A stretch of DNA of 64,000 bases from Verrucomicrobiales bacterium (GTDB lineage Bacteria > Verrucomicrobiota > Verrucomicrobiia > Verrucomicrobiales > V1-33): positions 52,341 through 116,340 of the forward strand of contig JANOAV010000187.1 in the NCBI GenBank assembly GCA_031411295.1, read 5' to 3'. The position numbers and the translations under genes are program-made. Positions 1-10,311 of the stretch are shown piece after piece; the first letter of the stretch is position 1, and every line of letters starts with the position of its first letter. Below the pieces are notes generated by a model, which was not told the origin of the DNA, ran no database searches, and saw nothing but the letters and a program-made list of their open reading frames with translations.

Positions 1-3000
1 GCGGGTTCCCAGATTGGGGTGGCGCAGTTGAAAATCTCCCGTGAGTCCGCCGCAGGACTCTTCAAGGCGAAGGTGTTCGTCCGTAAGAATGGCGTAGGAA
101 CTCCGCAATGGGATGAGGATGCCGCCAAAGTTACTTTGAGCAGCAAGGATGGCGCGGCGGTGCTCAGCCCATCTCAGGTGGCCCCAACGACTGGTAGCGA
201 ATACAATTTGGTGATGAATGGCGTGCAGGATGTAGTGCTGGATGTGGTCGTCCCCGTTGGAATCTCTGCGGCGGATCTGGTGATCGACGTGGCTGAGAGT
301 GCGGTGGATACAGCCCCTACTCCTTCTGAGGAGTGTGATTCAAGCACCGCCTATTTGAAAATCCTCGACAACCCAGCGCCAGTTGGCCTCAATGGACCTG
401 TGATCAATGAAATCGATGCCGTCGGTGTGACCTGCAAGGACAACACGGATTATGTCGAAATCAAGGTGCCAGGAGCCGCAGCTAGTGTGAATTTAACAGG
501 CTGGTCTCTGGTCTTCTTTAATGCGGGCGGCATCAGCACGGACTCCGTTGCCTTAACGGCAACGGATGCGGCCGGTTATTTGGTGATCGGTGGCGAAGGG
601 GTGCGGAATGGCGCACCTTCTGCGGCGGGTTGGATCAACCGAGGCCCGGTTGGTATTGCCGATGGGCCTGCGGCGGTGGCACTCTACAAGGTGGCGAGTT
701 TCCCGCTGGGCACTCCTGCTACGCGTGATTCACTTTACGATTCGGTTATCTACAACACTACGTTGTCAGGATCTATCGGTGTCAATGTAGCTGAAGGCCT
801 GAGTTTCAAAACGTTTACGACACCAGTGGCTGGCATCTACTCTAGTTCGGTGGAGGCTGCGGTTACCGCGGAACGCCCGGGTGCTACCGCTAACGATCCT
901 TCCAAACTTTGCCTCAGCTTCTCCCGCAGCGGAGCAGATGCGGCGGACACGTCCGTGCTCCGTCAATGGTCCACGGCTAACGCCAAGGCTCCGACGCCGA
1001 ACGCGGAAAATCAATCTGGTGTTCCCGTCGATCTGAGCAGCGTCCCCCAAGTGGTTCGCATCAACGAGGTCAATGCTACCGGCACCGAGTTTATCGAAGT
1101 GGTGAATAGTGGGGCAGCACGAGTCTCCCTGGATGGATATACCATCCGTGCCTGTGGTCGTCTGCTTTACACCTTCCGCACTGGCACTTGCCTTGAGCCA
1201 GGTGCTGCCGCAGTGGTCTTCGGCAATGATGTCATCACGGTAAACGAAGGGATTGGCCAAAATCCAACGATCAACGCCAATCTGCGATGTGCGATGGCGC
1301 TCAACGCTGGCAAGGCGTTGCAACTGGATGATGCCTATGAGTTGGTAGAATTGTTCAACAACGTTGGCACCAAGCTCGGTTGCTTCACTGTGTTCCCACG
1401 TGGCGGGATCAGCGCCAACTCGCTCACGAATGGTGCACTTCCGATTATCGGGCTCGCGGCTACCCCAGGGGGCACGAATGCGAATAGCCAGTTTGCTGCT
1501 AATGTTCTTGCCACCAGCATTTCACCCACCTGCGCGTCGGAACTTTCCAAGCCTCTACCAGATGGCACAACACCCGAAAACGTTACCATTACCGTTAGCC
1601 GGTGCTCCACCATCGGGAGCCTCCAAGTGGATTTGGCAAGCTTGCTGCCGAGCCGGGCGGTTCCTTTTCCTGCGGTGCTGAATTTCACTGACGGTGTCGC
1701 ATCTCTGACTACGAAGGTCAAAGTCTTCCGTGATGCGGTCACTGCCAATAGCAATGTCCAATTCAACATCACAAATGCATGTTATACGGCAGATCCCGTT
1801 TCCCTGACCACGGTGGATAGTGGCCTGATCCTTACCTACGAAGACCCATTACTCGCAGGCACCGCCAACAGCTTTAGTGTGGTGGCGGGATCCGGCACAG
1901 GCGTGACTCGGTTGAATGTGACGCGCCAGGATGGTCCGGCGGGGACGTTTAAGGCCAATGTTTATGTGCGAAATAACACGGCCCCATTTGCCATAAATGC
2001 CACTGCCGTTGACCTTGATGGCACTGGCTTGGTTCCTGGAGTTGAGCCTGGGCACTATGTGCTCACAATGACGGGCACCAGTTCGGTTGGGTTGAACATC
2101 GTCGCCAGACCAAATGCTGCGAACTCCAATCTCTTTATCGACGTAGCCGAAAGCTTTGGTGATTCCGCTCCGACGCCTGCTGAAGAGTGCGATTCTGGCA
2201 CTGCTAGCCTGACTGTGCTTGCGAACTCGTTGGCAGCAGCCAACGCACCGAATGCCAGCCCAGCGATCAATGAGTTGGACGCACTGGGGGTTATCGGAAA
2301 GCCGAACACCGACTTCATCGAAATTAAAACTCAGCCCAACGCCAACCTTGCGGGATGGACGCTGGTCTTCTTTGACGGCAATGGCAATGCCACGGCATCG
2401 GTTCCATTGGGTGCGGCCAATGCGGGAGGATACGTTACAGTAGGCATGGGTGCTCCGAGCATTCCGGATGGTCCGGCGGCGGCTGGGCTCTACTTTGGCC
2501 CCGCTCCTAGCGTTGGATCTCCCGCTACGCGGAACAATCTGTATGATTCGGTGATCTGGAATGCCACGGGCAGTGGTGGCTTCGGTCCCAACGTCTCCAA
2601 GGCATTGCGCGACGACGCAGTGGATCAGCCAGTGATTTTCGAAGCCAATGGGAAATGTTTCAGCGTTTCGGCGCTCGCCCCCAATGCGACTATTGCAACG
2701 TTGCGCGGCTGGACTCCTGGCACCACTACGACGCACGGGCCAACTCCGGGTTCAGATAACACCACGGGCACGCTGTTGGATTTGAGCACCGCACCCGGTG
2801 TGGTCCGCATTAATGAAGTGCATGCGTTAAACGAGGAATTCATTGAGGTGGTAAATACTGGCGCGACGGCGGTCGATCTCACTGGATTTGCCCTCAAGGC
2901 ATGTGGACGGCCCATCCCGCTTTACACGTTCCGGCCAGGTTCCATCTTGGTTCCGGGCGCTGCTGCGGTGGTCTATGGAAATGCCGCCGTGAATGAAGGG

Positions 3001-4809
3001 ATCGGTCAGAATCCAGCACTGAGCAACAACCACCGTTGCGCTTTAGTGCTCAAGGCGGCCGCTCCATTCTTGCTGGATGATACCTATGATCTGGTCCAAT
3101 TGTTTGATGCTGGTAACGTGGAAATCGGCTGCTTCAGCGTTTTCCCAAGACCAGGTGGGGCCTCCAACACCCTCGCGAATGGTGCCTTGCCAGTCATCGG
3201 GCTCAATCCTACTCCTGGGGCGACCAATGCGGATGCGCAATTTGCACCGAATACTTTTACTAGTGTGTTGAGCAAAAGCTGCGTGTCCGAACTTTCCAAG
3301 GAACTGCCTACGCTGACGGTAACCCGGGTGGGTCCAACGATTGGCAATCTGACGTTGAACATTGCCAGCCCTGCGGGTGTCGCCTCCCTGCCAGCCACCG
3401 TGAATTTCGGGGATGGTGAGAGCACGAAGACCGTGTCGCTGGCATTAGCGCGCAACATCACGACCGACGGAGACCGTGCGGTCAATTTCGCTGCGACAGC
3501 CGTTTGCTACGTCAATCCCGCCCCGATCCCACTCACGATCAAAGATACCGGCCTAACGGCGGCCTACGTTGATCCGCTCCTACCTGCTTCGGACACGCTC
3601 AGTGTGGTGGCCACCGCCGGGCCTGGCGTTTGCCAACTAAATGTCAGCCGCGCTCCTGGAGCAACGGGCACATTACAGGCCAAACTGATCGTGCGTAACC
3701 AGGCTGGATTGGCCGAGAACCCCAACTTGTTCACGCTGACCGGGGCCACGGCCATCACCGATAGCGAATATACTTTCTCGATTACCGGTGCCGGGCCAGT
3801 GACCTTGGGCGTGACGCCAAAAGTGGGTGCCGCTACAACGGACGTGTTCTTGGATATCTACGAATCCGCCACCGCGGCGGCCCCGACCGTTGCCGAGGAA
3901 TGCATTTCCGCTACCGCCAAGCTGCATGTGATCGCCAATTCCCTGGCCAATGGGCCGCTCTTTTCTGAAGTCGATCCGCTGGCGCGCCCCACGCAGGAGT
4001 TCTTTGAAATTCTCGTTCCAGGGGCATCTGCTCCGGTGGACCTCTCCGCTTGGAAAGTAGTCATGTTTAATGCCTCAGGAACCGTCCTCGGGAGTGTGCA
4101 GACGTTAACGACGACGGATGCTAACGGTCGGCTTGTGGTTGGGAATACGGGGGTGCGCCCTGGCTTCCCTGCCAGCAACGGGTGGCAGCCCGTGACGGGC
4201 GCTTGGCCCAGCAGCGTCAATGGATTTGGCCTTTACCGGGAATTTAGTGGCACCAAGGCCACCCGCTCCGCGTTGCAGGATTCTTCGATCGGAGATGGTT
4301 CGTTAGTAGTGGCCCTTGCTACAACAGTTAGTCAAGAAGGTAGCCCGGACGCTAACTGCTACAGCATTACCCGCTCAGGATCTCTGACCAATGCCAACCT
4401 GCGGATCTGGCCAGCTGGCGCCCCAACCACGGTGCCTTCTCCTGGATTCGACAATAACCTTTCCACTGGCGGCTACAAGGCTTGGGTCTTCACCCAAGGA
4501 CAGGATCCGGCCGTTGTCGGGGACACCCTGCTCCTGAATTATGCGACTGGCACAGCCGCCAATTTGGTAGCGCCTCAAGTGAGTATTTCGATGGTCGGGG
4601 CGGACGTCCTCCTCAAATACCCCGTTGGCACGGCGGCGGCCTGCGATCTTAAATTGGTGGTAAGGTTTGAATGCTCCGCGGACATGATGGTATGGACCCC
4701 CCAGCCAGCTCCCGCGCCGATCATTTCAGGATTCTGGGAAGAAACCATTCTGGCACCAAATATCGGCACCTGTCAATTTTATCGTGCAGGCGTCAGCTTC
4801 CTGCCTTAG
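1..4809 (+). CDS. Giant repetitive surface protein with lamin-tail (LTD) and Ig/Calx-beta-like modules; 5' end lies outside the window
   Basis: Frame is open from base 1. Repeated INE(I/V/L)..FIE..LxGW/Y LTD motifs, three APT(P/V)xEEC repeats, and a C-terminal YxxW..NYAxG..ExSxDMxxW..FYR motif. Confidence 0.8.
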   Translation, partial: AGSQIGVAQLKISRESAAGLFKAKVFVRKNGVGTPQWDEDAAKVTLSSKDGAAVLSPSQVAPTTGSEYNLVMNGVQDVVLDVVVPVGISAADLVIDVAESAVDTAPTPSEECDSSTAYLKILDNPAPVGLNGPVINEIDAVGVTCKDNTDYVEIKVPGAAASVNLTGWSLVFFNAGGISTDSVALTATDAAGYLVIGGEGVRNGAPSAAGWINRGPVGIADGPAAVALYKVASFPLGTPATRDSLYDSVIYNTTLSGSIGVNVAEGLSFKTFTTPVAGIYSSSVEAAVTAERPGATANDPSKLCLSFSRSGADAADTSVLRQWSTANAKAPTPNAENQSGVPVDLSSVPQVVRINEVNATGTEFIEVVNSGAARVSLDGYTIRACGRLLYTFRTGTCLEPGAAAVVFGNDVITVNEGIGQNPTINANLRCAMALNAGKALQLDDAYELVELFNNVGTKLGCFTVFPRGGISANSLTNGALPIIGLAATPGGTNANSQFAANVLATSISPTCASELSKPLPDGTTPENVTITVSRCSTIGSLQVDLASLLPSRAVPFPAVLNFTDGVASLTTKVKVFRDAVTANSNVQFNITNACYTADPVSLTTVDSGLILTYEDPLLAGTANSFSVVAGSGTGVTRLNVTRQDGPAGTFKANVYVRNNTAPFAINATAVDLDGTGLVPGVEPGHYVLTMTGTSSVGLNIVARPNAANSNLFIDVAESFGDSAPTPAEECDSGTASLTVLANSLAAANAPNASPAINELDALGVIGKPNTDFIEIKTQPNANLAGWTLVFFDGNGNATASVPLGAANAGGYVTVGMGAPSIPDGPAAAGLYFGPAPSVGSPATRNNLYDSVIWNATGSGGFGPNVSKALRDDAVDQPVIFEANGKCFSVSALAPNATIATLRGWTPGTTTTHGPTPGSDNTTGTLLDLSTAPGVVRINEVHALNEEFIEVVNTGATAVDLTGFALKACGRPIPLYTFRPGSILVPGAAAVVYGNAAVNEGIGQNPALSNNHRCALVLKAAAPFLLDDTYDLVQLFDAGNVEIGCFSVFPRPGGASNTLANGALPVIGLNPTPGATNADAQFAPNTFTSVLSKSCVSELSKELPTLTVTRVGPTIGNLTLNIASPAGVASLPATVNFGDGESTKTVSLALARNITTDGDRAVNFAATAVCYVNPAPIPLTIKDTGLTAAYVDPLLPASDTLSVVATAGPGVCQLNVSRAPGATGTLQAKLIVRNQAGLAENPNLFTLTGATAITDSEYTFSITGAGPVTLGVTPKVGAATTDVFLDIYESATAAAPTVAEECISATAKLHVIANSLANGPLFSEVDPLARPTQEFFEILVPGASAPVDLSAWKVVMFNASGTVLGSVQTLTTTDANGRLVVGNTGVRPGFPASNGWQPVTGAWPSSVNGFGLYREFSGTKATRSALQDSSIGDGSLVVALATTVSQEGSPDANCYSITRSGSLTNANLRIWPAGAPTTVPSPGFDNNLSTGGYKAWVFTQGQDPAVVGDTLLLNYATGTAANLVAPQVSISMVGADVLLKYPVGTAAACDLKLVVRFECSADMMVWTPQPAPAPIISGFWEETILAPNIGTCQFYRAGVSFLP

Positions 4810-4820
4810 AATCGAGAACC

Positions 4821-5519
4821 ATGAAAACATCACCACTTGTCCTCACAGCCTTGGCTGTTCTGTTCGTATCTTGTGATGACTCACAACTGAAAGCCCTCCA
4901 GCGGCAGAAGATGGAGGCTGAGGCCAAGGCTACTCAGTTGCAGTTGGATTTGGAGAAAGCCAAGGAGGAGGTCAAGGCGGCCAACCCGGAAGAGTTGAAG
5001 GGGAAAATCAGTGCCTTGGAGGAACAGCTAAAGCAAGCTCAGCAAGCCGTGGCGGCCGCTGAGTCCGCCCCCAAAGCCATTCCCGAAGCCGAATTGGAGC
5101 AGTCATGGGTCAAGGAATTTAACAAGGCGGCGTTTGCTACCCTGTTCGGTGGTCAGGTGCCCAATGCCAGCACGGACTCCATCGTCATTCCCGATCCGGA
5201 AAAGATGTATTCCCGCAAGGTTACCCTGACTTCCGGAGCGATCAGTATTCCGTTTGTCGCGACGGCGGACGCTACTGGGAAATGGAAAATCCCGGCCCCC
5301 GAAGTGGTGGCAGCCGCAAATGCTGCGGCCAAGCCTCCAGGCGCACCACAGGGATTCCAACCGCCGCCCAATAACCCACCTCCGGCAGGCGCTCCACCAA
5401 CCGGGACTCCCACCGCAGGTAATACCCCTCCAGCCGGGAACAAGCCGCCACCGAGTGCGATTCCGCCGCCCCAGCAACCAGGTAAGGGGCTGTCCGGAGC
5501 TAAGCTGCAGGAATTCTAA
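4821..5519 (+). CDS. Lipoprotein with coiled coil and Pro-rich tail
   Basis: MKTSPLVLTALAVLFVSC lipobox. ATG at 4821 directly follows the upstream stop. Confidence 0.8.
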   Translation: MKTSPLVLTALAVLFVSCDDSQLKALQRQKMEAEAKATQLQLDLEKAKEEVKAANPEELKGKISALEEQLKQAQQAVAAAESAPKAIPEAELEQSWVKEFNKAAFATLFGGQVPNASTDSIVIPDPEKMYSRKVTLTSGAISIPFVATADATGKWKIPAPEVVAAANAAAKPPGAPQGFQPPPNNPPPAGAPPTGTPTAGNTPPAGNKPPPSAIPPPQQPGKGLSGAKLQEF

Positions 5520-5548
5520 CGTAAATTGCAGAGTGGTTTGTTAATCTA

Positions 5549-8500
5549 ATGAAAGGAACCCTTTCCTATTTCGACCCGGCCTCCCATGCCTTGGGATCCC
5601 AGCCGAGCGTCATCGAGTTACCCAAAGAACCAGTTTCCGTGCCGACTGGGCGGGGGGAGATGATCTTCTTTTGGAATCGGGAAATGGCCACGTGGGACGT
5701 CATGGCGAAGGGCTGCGAACTGCGCATCGGGGCCACCCTGGTGCAGGAAAATGAACGTTTCCCGCTGGAAGACCAGCAAGTCATTTCATCCGATGGACGG
5801 CCTTGGCGGTTCGAGCGGATTCCTGAGTTGCCCACGGTGGCTGGGAGGGAAACCCTGCTGATCCCGCTGGGCAAGGCAGGCGTGGTTCTGGGGCGTCGCT
5901 CGGACAACCCTCCTTCCTTGGAAAATCCCGCCCAACTACGGGTGGATCTGGACACCGACGATCAACGCATCGCCCGCAGTGGCAACGCCTCCATTGAGCC
6001 CACGCCTCATGGTTGGGCGCTGCATCAGATCAAAGGAACCACCGAACTGAACGGGCGGGCTGATTTTCGTTCCGCCCCTTTGCTCTACGGAGATCGTTTC
6101 GTCGTGGGTTGCAATTCCTTTGAATTTCGGGGTGACAGCATTGCGTTAGTGAAAAGTATTCCCGGGGCTGAAGTCGAGGCGGTCAACGCTGGCCTGCGGG
6201 TTGGTGGCGGGAAGTTGATTCTCCAAGGCGTCACCATGCGCGTAGCTCGCGGTGAGTTTATCGGCATCATTGGCAAGAGTGGCATGGGCAAGAGCACGTT
6301 GATGAATGCGCTCTGCGGTCTGGGGCCAGCCAACATTGGACGGGTCACGATTGATGGAAATGTCGTCAATGGGCCGGGTGATCTGACCCGACTTTCCGTG
6401 GGGATCGTGCCGCAGGATGACGTGGTGCACCGCGAACTCACGGCTCGCCAAGCGGTGTTGTATAGCGCCAGACTTCGTTTCAAAATGCCGCGCAAGCATC
6501 AGGAAGCACTCACCGAAGGCGTGCTGAAGCGGCTTGGTCTGGCGGAGCATATGGACAAGCAGATTGGCCGTCGGATGTCCGGCGGTCAGCGGAAACGGGT
6601 GGGCATTGCGACGGAATTGCTAGCGCTGCCAGTCATGCTATTTTTGGATGAACCATCCTCTGGGTTGGATCCTCAGACGGAGATGGAACTCATGGACTTA
6701 CTCCAGACCATGAGCCGGGTGAACAAACTCACGGTGATCAGCACCACCCACATGTTGGACAATGCGGATGCTTTCAACCGGTTGCTGATTATGCATCGGG
6801 CCCGGATGGTTTATTTGGGCAACAACGCGGATGCGCGGAAACATTTTTTTGGGCAGACGGAAGAGGATCTGGCAGCCGGGATGCGCTTGCGTTCCTTGAG
6901 CAATATTTACGAAGTGCTTACACCTCGTAAGGAAGGGGACATCGAACTAACCTCCGAGCAGCGGGATGCAGCGGAAGAGTCACTGGCGATTGATTGGGAA
7001 AGAAAATTTTCCGAAACCCGGCGGGACCTTCAGGATGTCGCAGTGCCGCCGCCCACTCCGCGAGCCGCCGCCCCGCGGCAGGCCCGGCCTGGGCCGCTGA
7101 GCATTCTGATCACGTTGATTAGTCGGCAGTGGGCTATTTTCAAATCCTCTCCCCTCAACATTTTATTCCTGCTGCTCCAGGCCGTTAGCATTGGTGGACT
7201 GATTGGATGGGTCTCGGATGACGGAGGTTTCCGGCTCTTCCTTGGCTTGATCGCCAGTATGTGGTTTGGCTGTAGCAATGCGGGCCAACGGATCGTGGCG
7301 GAAATGCCCATCTTCCGGCAGGAGCGCATCGCTGGCATGGGGATCCACACCTACATCCAGAGTAAATTTATCTTCCTCAGTGTGCTGACCAGTCTGCAAA
7401 CGATGATCCTGTTTTTCTGCATGACCGTGGCTGCGTTCCTCTTCAATCCGACAGATAAGGTAACCATCGAGCCAGGGGCCGACCCCACGCTGGTCGAGAA
7501 AACTCCCTTGGAGAAATTCAGCGAAGCCATGGCTGGTGGGACCGAGACGGCGGGGCGCGATGCGAAGACCTTTGAACTGCGCAGTAAATTACTTGAATGG
7601 GCTCAAGTCGTTGAGCCTAATGCCGCCCGGCCAGAAATTGTCACCACCACCACCCCGCCGCCGGGAAATTTAATCCTTCGACTGGCGCAAATGACTGGTT
7701 TGGAAAGCAATCTTAAGGGATCGGGTCCGGACTTGGTGTTGGATCATGCCAAAGGCGACAAAACCCTGCTGGAAACCACCACCGAAGGCACCGACCTGCA
7801 GCAACAGGCCTTGGTGAAGCAAATCAAAGCTTTCCGCCTGCCCGGCAAGGCCACCGCCTCAGAATCCATTGTGGCCGCCACTGAGGCGGACTTGGCAACC
7901 TTTGTCGGCAACACTGGGGAGCCCTTGTTTGATGAAGGGATTCCCTGGCAAAAAGTGCTCACCACCTGCTTAAGTTTACGCCTGTTGGCGTTATTGGCTG
8001 CGGCTATCACTGGCGTTGCCATTGGTCTGGCGATTTCCGCCTGTGTGCAGAATGAGGTGCAGGCGGTGATGTGGGTTCCCTTGTTCCTCATTCCGCAGAT
8101 CCTTTTCGGCGGGCACGTGGTTACGGAGCCTGCCATGTCCTGGCCCGTGCGGGCTTTTTGCAAATTCATCCCCAGTTACTCCGCCGAGAAAATTGCCGAA
8201 GTCTCCGAACTCTATGGGTTGCGGGTGCCAGACATGGTGAATCGAACCAAGATCCCCTCATTCCTTCATCCTGATGGGGGCACGGAAACAGTGTATGTTC
8301 CGCGCCATGATGACAAGGATAAGAAGGTGGATTACGAGCGCTTATCGCCTGTCAACAGTGCTTGGCAAAATCTCGTGGTTTTTCATTCCAGTGCGGGGAT
8401 GCACATTCCGCTGGAAGACACCAAGGGGAAAAAGGATTCCGTCGTCATGCGCGCAGACGTGTTGTTCAAGAAGGGGGAACTTTATCGTAACATCAATCCA

Positions 8501-8596
8501 GCCTATCGCGCGTTCTCCGTGCTGGGAGGATGGGTGGTTTTTTGTTACGTAGTGGTTTATCTGGCCTTGCGGAAAAAGCAAACCAAGCCCATGTAG
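5549..8596 (+). CDS. FHA-domain ABC exporter, fused ATPase and permease (Rv1747/ABCG-like architecture)
   Basis: FHA-like LGRR..GTTELNG, Walker A GKSGMGKST, signature MSGGQRKR, Walker B LFLDEP, ABC2-type TM helices. Confidence 0.88.
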   Translation: MKGTLSYFDPASHALGSQPSVIELPKEPVSVPTGRGEMIFFWNREMATWDVMAKGCELRIGATLVQENERFPLEDQQVISSDGRPWRFERIPELPTVAGRETLLIPLGKAGVVLGRRSDNPPSLENPAQLRVDLDTDDQRIARSGNASIEPTPHGWALHQIKGTTELNGRADFRSAPLLYGDRFVVGCNSFEFRGDSIALVKSIPGAEVEAVNAGLRVGGGKLILQGVTMRVARGEFIGIIGKSGMGKSTLMNALCGLGPANIGRVTIDGNVVNGPGDLTRLSVGIVPQDDVVHRELTARQAVLYSARLRFKMPRKHQEALTEGVLKRLGLAEHMDKQIGRRMSGGQRKRVGIATELLALPVMLFLDEPSSGLDPQTEMELMDLLQTMSRVNKLTVISTTHMLDNADAFNRLLIMHRARMVYLGNNADARKHFFGQTEEDLAAGMRLRSLSNIYEVLTPRKEGDIELTSEQRDAAEESLAIDWERKFSETRRDLQDVAVPPPTPRAAAPRQARPGPLSILITLISRQWAIFKSSPLNILFLLLQAVSIGGLIGWVSDDGGFRLFLGLIASMWFGCSNAGQRIVAEMPIFRQERIAGMGIHTYIQSKFIFLSVLTSLQTMILFFCMTVAAFLFNPTDKVTIEPGADPTLVEKTPLEKFSEAMAGGTETAGRDAKTFELRSKLLEWAQVVEPNAARPEIVTTTTPPPGNLILRLAQMTGLESNLKGSGPDLVLDHAKGDKTLLETTTEGTDLQQQALVKQIKAFRLPGKATASESIVAATEADLATFVGNTGEPLFDEGIPWQKVLTTCLSLRLLALLAAAITGVAIGLAISACVQNEVQAVMWVPLFLIPQILFGGHVVTEPAMSWPVRAFCKFIPSYSAEKIAEVSELYGLRVPDMVNRTKIPSFLHPDGGTETVYVPRHDDKDKKVDYERLSPVNSAWQNLVVFHSSAGMHIPLEDTKGKKDSVVMRADVLFKKGELYRNINPAYRAFSVLGGWVVFCYVVVYLALRKKQTKPM

Positions 8597-8600
8597 TCCG

Positions 8601-9131
8601 ATGATGCGTGCCCCTCGACTTGTTCCGATTCTTGCCTCCACCTGCGTGATTCTTGCAGCAGTTTGTATTTGGGCTATCTGGAAGCAACCGTTTATCGAAT
8701 TGGCAGGTTTTGGCAGCAATACGCTTGATGGTTTTGCTTGGGAGGATACGCCAGCCGATGCGGACCGCTCGGCCTGCTTTAAACTAACCTATGCCTTGAT
8801 CGCGACTGCCGTGGCCTGCTGGTTGCCTGGTTGGCTCAAACTGGTGGCCGCCGCCAGCGTGGGATATGCCGGGTGGATCTATTACCAATGTTTGGAGCCA
8901 CACCTCCAGACGCTCGAGAAGATGAAAGCCATGGCGGCAGAGGGTGGAGCCGAATCCGAGGCCTTGGTGAAAACTGCCATCGACGGCATCAAGCCATTAT
9001 CTGGAGCCTACACTTCCGGTGGGGCACTGGTCCTGCTCTGCCTACTGGTGCTCCTGCAACTCGTGCTGCTGAAGAAAGATTCAACGCGACTTACGCTCGG
9101 AAGCATCGGTCAACAGCGAGTGCTGTTTTAG
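8601..9131 (+). CDS. Hypothetical membrane protein
   Basis: About 4 hydrophobic segments; starts 4 nt after the ABC gene. Confidence 0.7.
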   Translation: MMRAPRLVPILASTCVILAAVCIWAIWKQPFIELAGFGSNTLDGFAWEDTPADADRSACFKLTYALIATAVACWLPGWLKLVAAASVGYAGWIYYQCLEPHLQTLEKMKAMAAEGGAESEALVKTAIDGIKPLSGAYTSGGALVLLCLLVLLQLVLLKKDSTRLTLGSIGQQRVLF

Positions 9132-9222
9132 GTTTGCGGGTTAAATTTCATCGGTCCAAAAAAATAATTTCAATTGGGTGTAACCCGCTTTTACGATTTT
9201 GCCAATACAACTACAGAACCCC

Positions 9223-10164
9223 ATGAAAATCACCTCCATCACCTCCCTCCTTACATGCTGCGCCCTGCTCCTCGGCGGAGTCGGACGGTCGCACGCGCAA
9301 GAAGATATCTCTCCCCAAGTCAAAGAAGCCTTGGAGGGATCGGAAAAAGGCGTTGATCCAACCGCCAAAACCAACAACAAGGAAGCCGCGAAAAAAGGGG
9401 ACGGTAATTGTGACGGGGTTGATCCAGATGATATTGCTCCGCAAAACGTTTATGCCAAGTTCGAGTCCTTGGACTTGGTCCTTGAGAAGAGCAAGAAAAT
9501 CGACTGGAAAGCCATCTATGAGAAGACCGTTGGAGATGTGGACAGCTCGAAATTTAAAGACGTCAAGTCGGACGTGCCATTTCTCATGGGCGTGCGGATG
9601 GCGGATGGTTTATTTTCCGTCAAGATTCGGAGCAAGGAAGAATTAAATAAGTGTGCTGATGATATCCGGGATTTCGCCCGCAAGTTGGGGGTGGCGGAAA
9701 AGGATCTGAGTGATGCCGAAGAAGCGCGCCAGTGGGCCGTAAAAGGCCAATGGATGCAGGTGGTGGCCAATCTGGGATTCATTCAAATGCGTGTCATTCA
9801 ACAAATGAAAAGCGCGAAAGCCACCGCCGATCAGCGGCGGTTGATCCTTCTGGGCGGCTGGATTGAAGGGGCTCGGATTGCTGCCAATGGGGTGCTTACA
9901 GCCAAATCTTCCACCAACCTTGACTGGGACCCATCTTATTCCCTGCGTGATCCCTTGCTGGTCTGTGCCCTCATCAAAATGTTAGATCAACTCGGTCCAG
10001 AAGCGGCTAAATCTGCGCCCGTCGTGCTGATGAAAAAGCATCTTCCCCGGGTAAAACAAATTGTCGATATTTCCATAGATCCTAAAAAGGGCAAGATCCC
10101 GGCCGAGCAGATCGAGGAATTAGTCAAGATGGCCACAGAAGTTCTACAGTCCGCCGTGAAGTAA
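9223..10164 (+). CDS. Secreted helical protein of unknown function (paralog 1)
   Basis: Sec signal ending SHA-Q; core shared with the next gene. Confidence 0.8.
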   Translation: MKITSITSLLTCCALLLGGVGRSHAQEDISPQVKEALEGSEKGVDPTAKTNNKEAAKKGDGNCDGVDPDDIAPQNVYAKFESLDLVLEKSKKIDWKAIYEKTVGDVDSSKFKDVKSDVPFLMGVRMADGLFSVKIRSKEELNKCADDIRDFARKLGVAEKDLSDAEEARQWAVKGQWMQVVANLGFIQMRVIQQMKSAKATADQRRLILLGGWIEGARIAANGVLTAKSSTNLDWDPSYSLRDPLLVCALIKMLDQLGPEAAKSAPVVLMKKHLPRVKQIVDISIDPKKGKIPAEQIEELVKMATEVLQSAVK

Positions 10165-10311
10165 CATTTATGTGTAGCCCTTTGCATTCATTCTAGACAA
10201 ACCACCGAGAACAGCCTTAATTACCAAACCATGAAGTCCCCATCCCAGCGAGTTCCTTTCAAGTTAGCGCAACTATTCGCGCGGCAGTCCGACACTCGGC
10301 ATGGTAATTCA

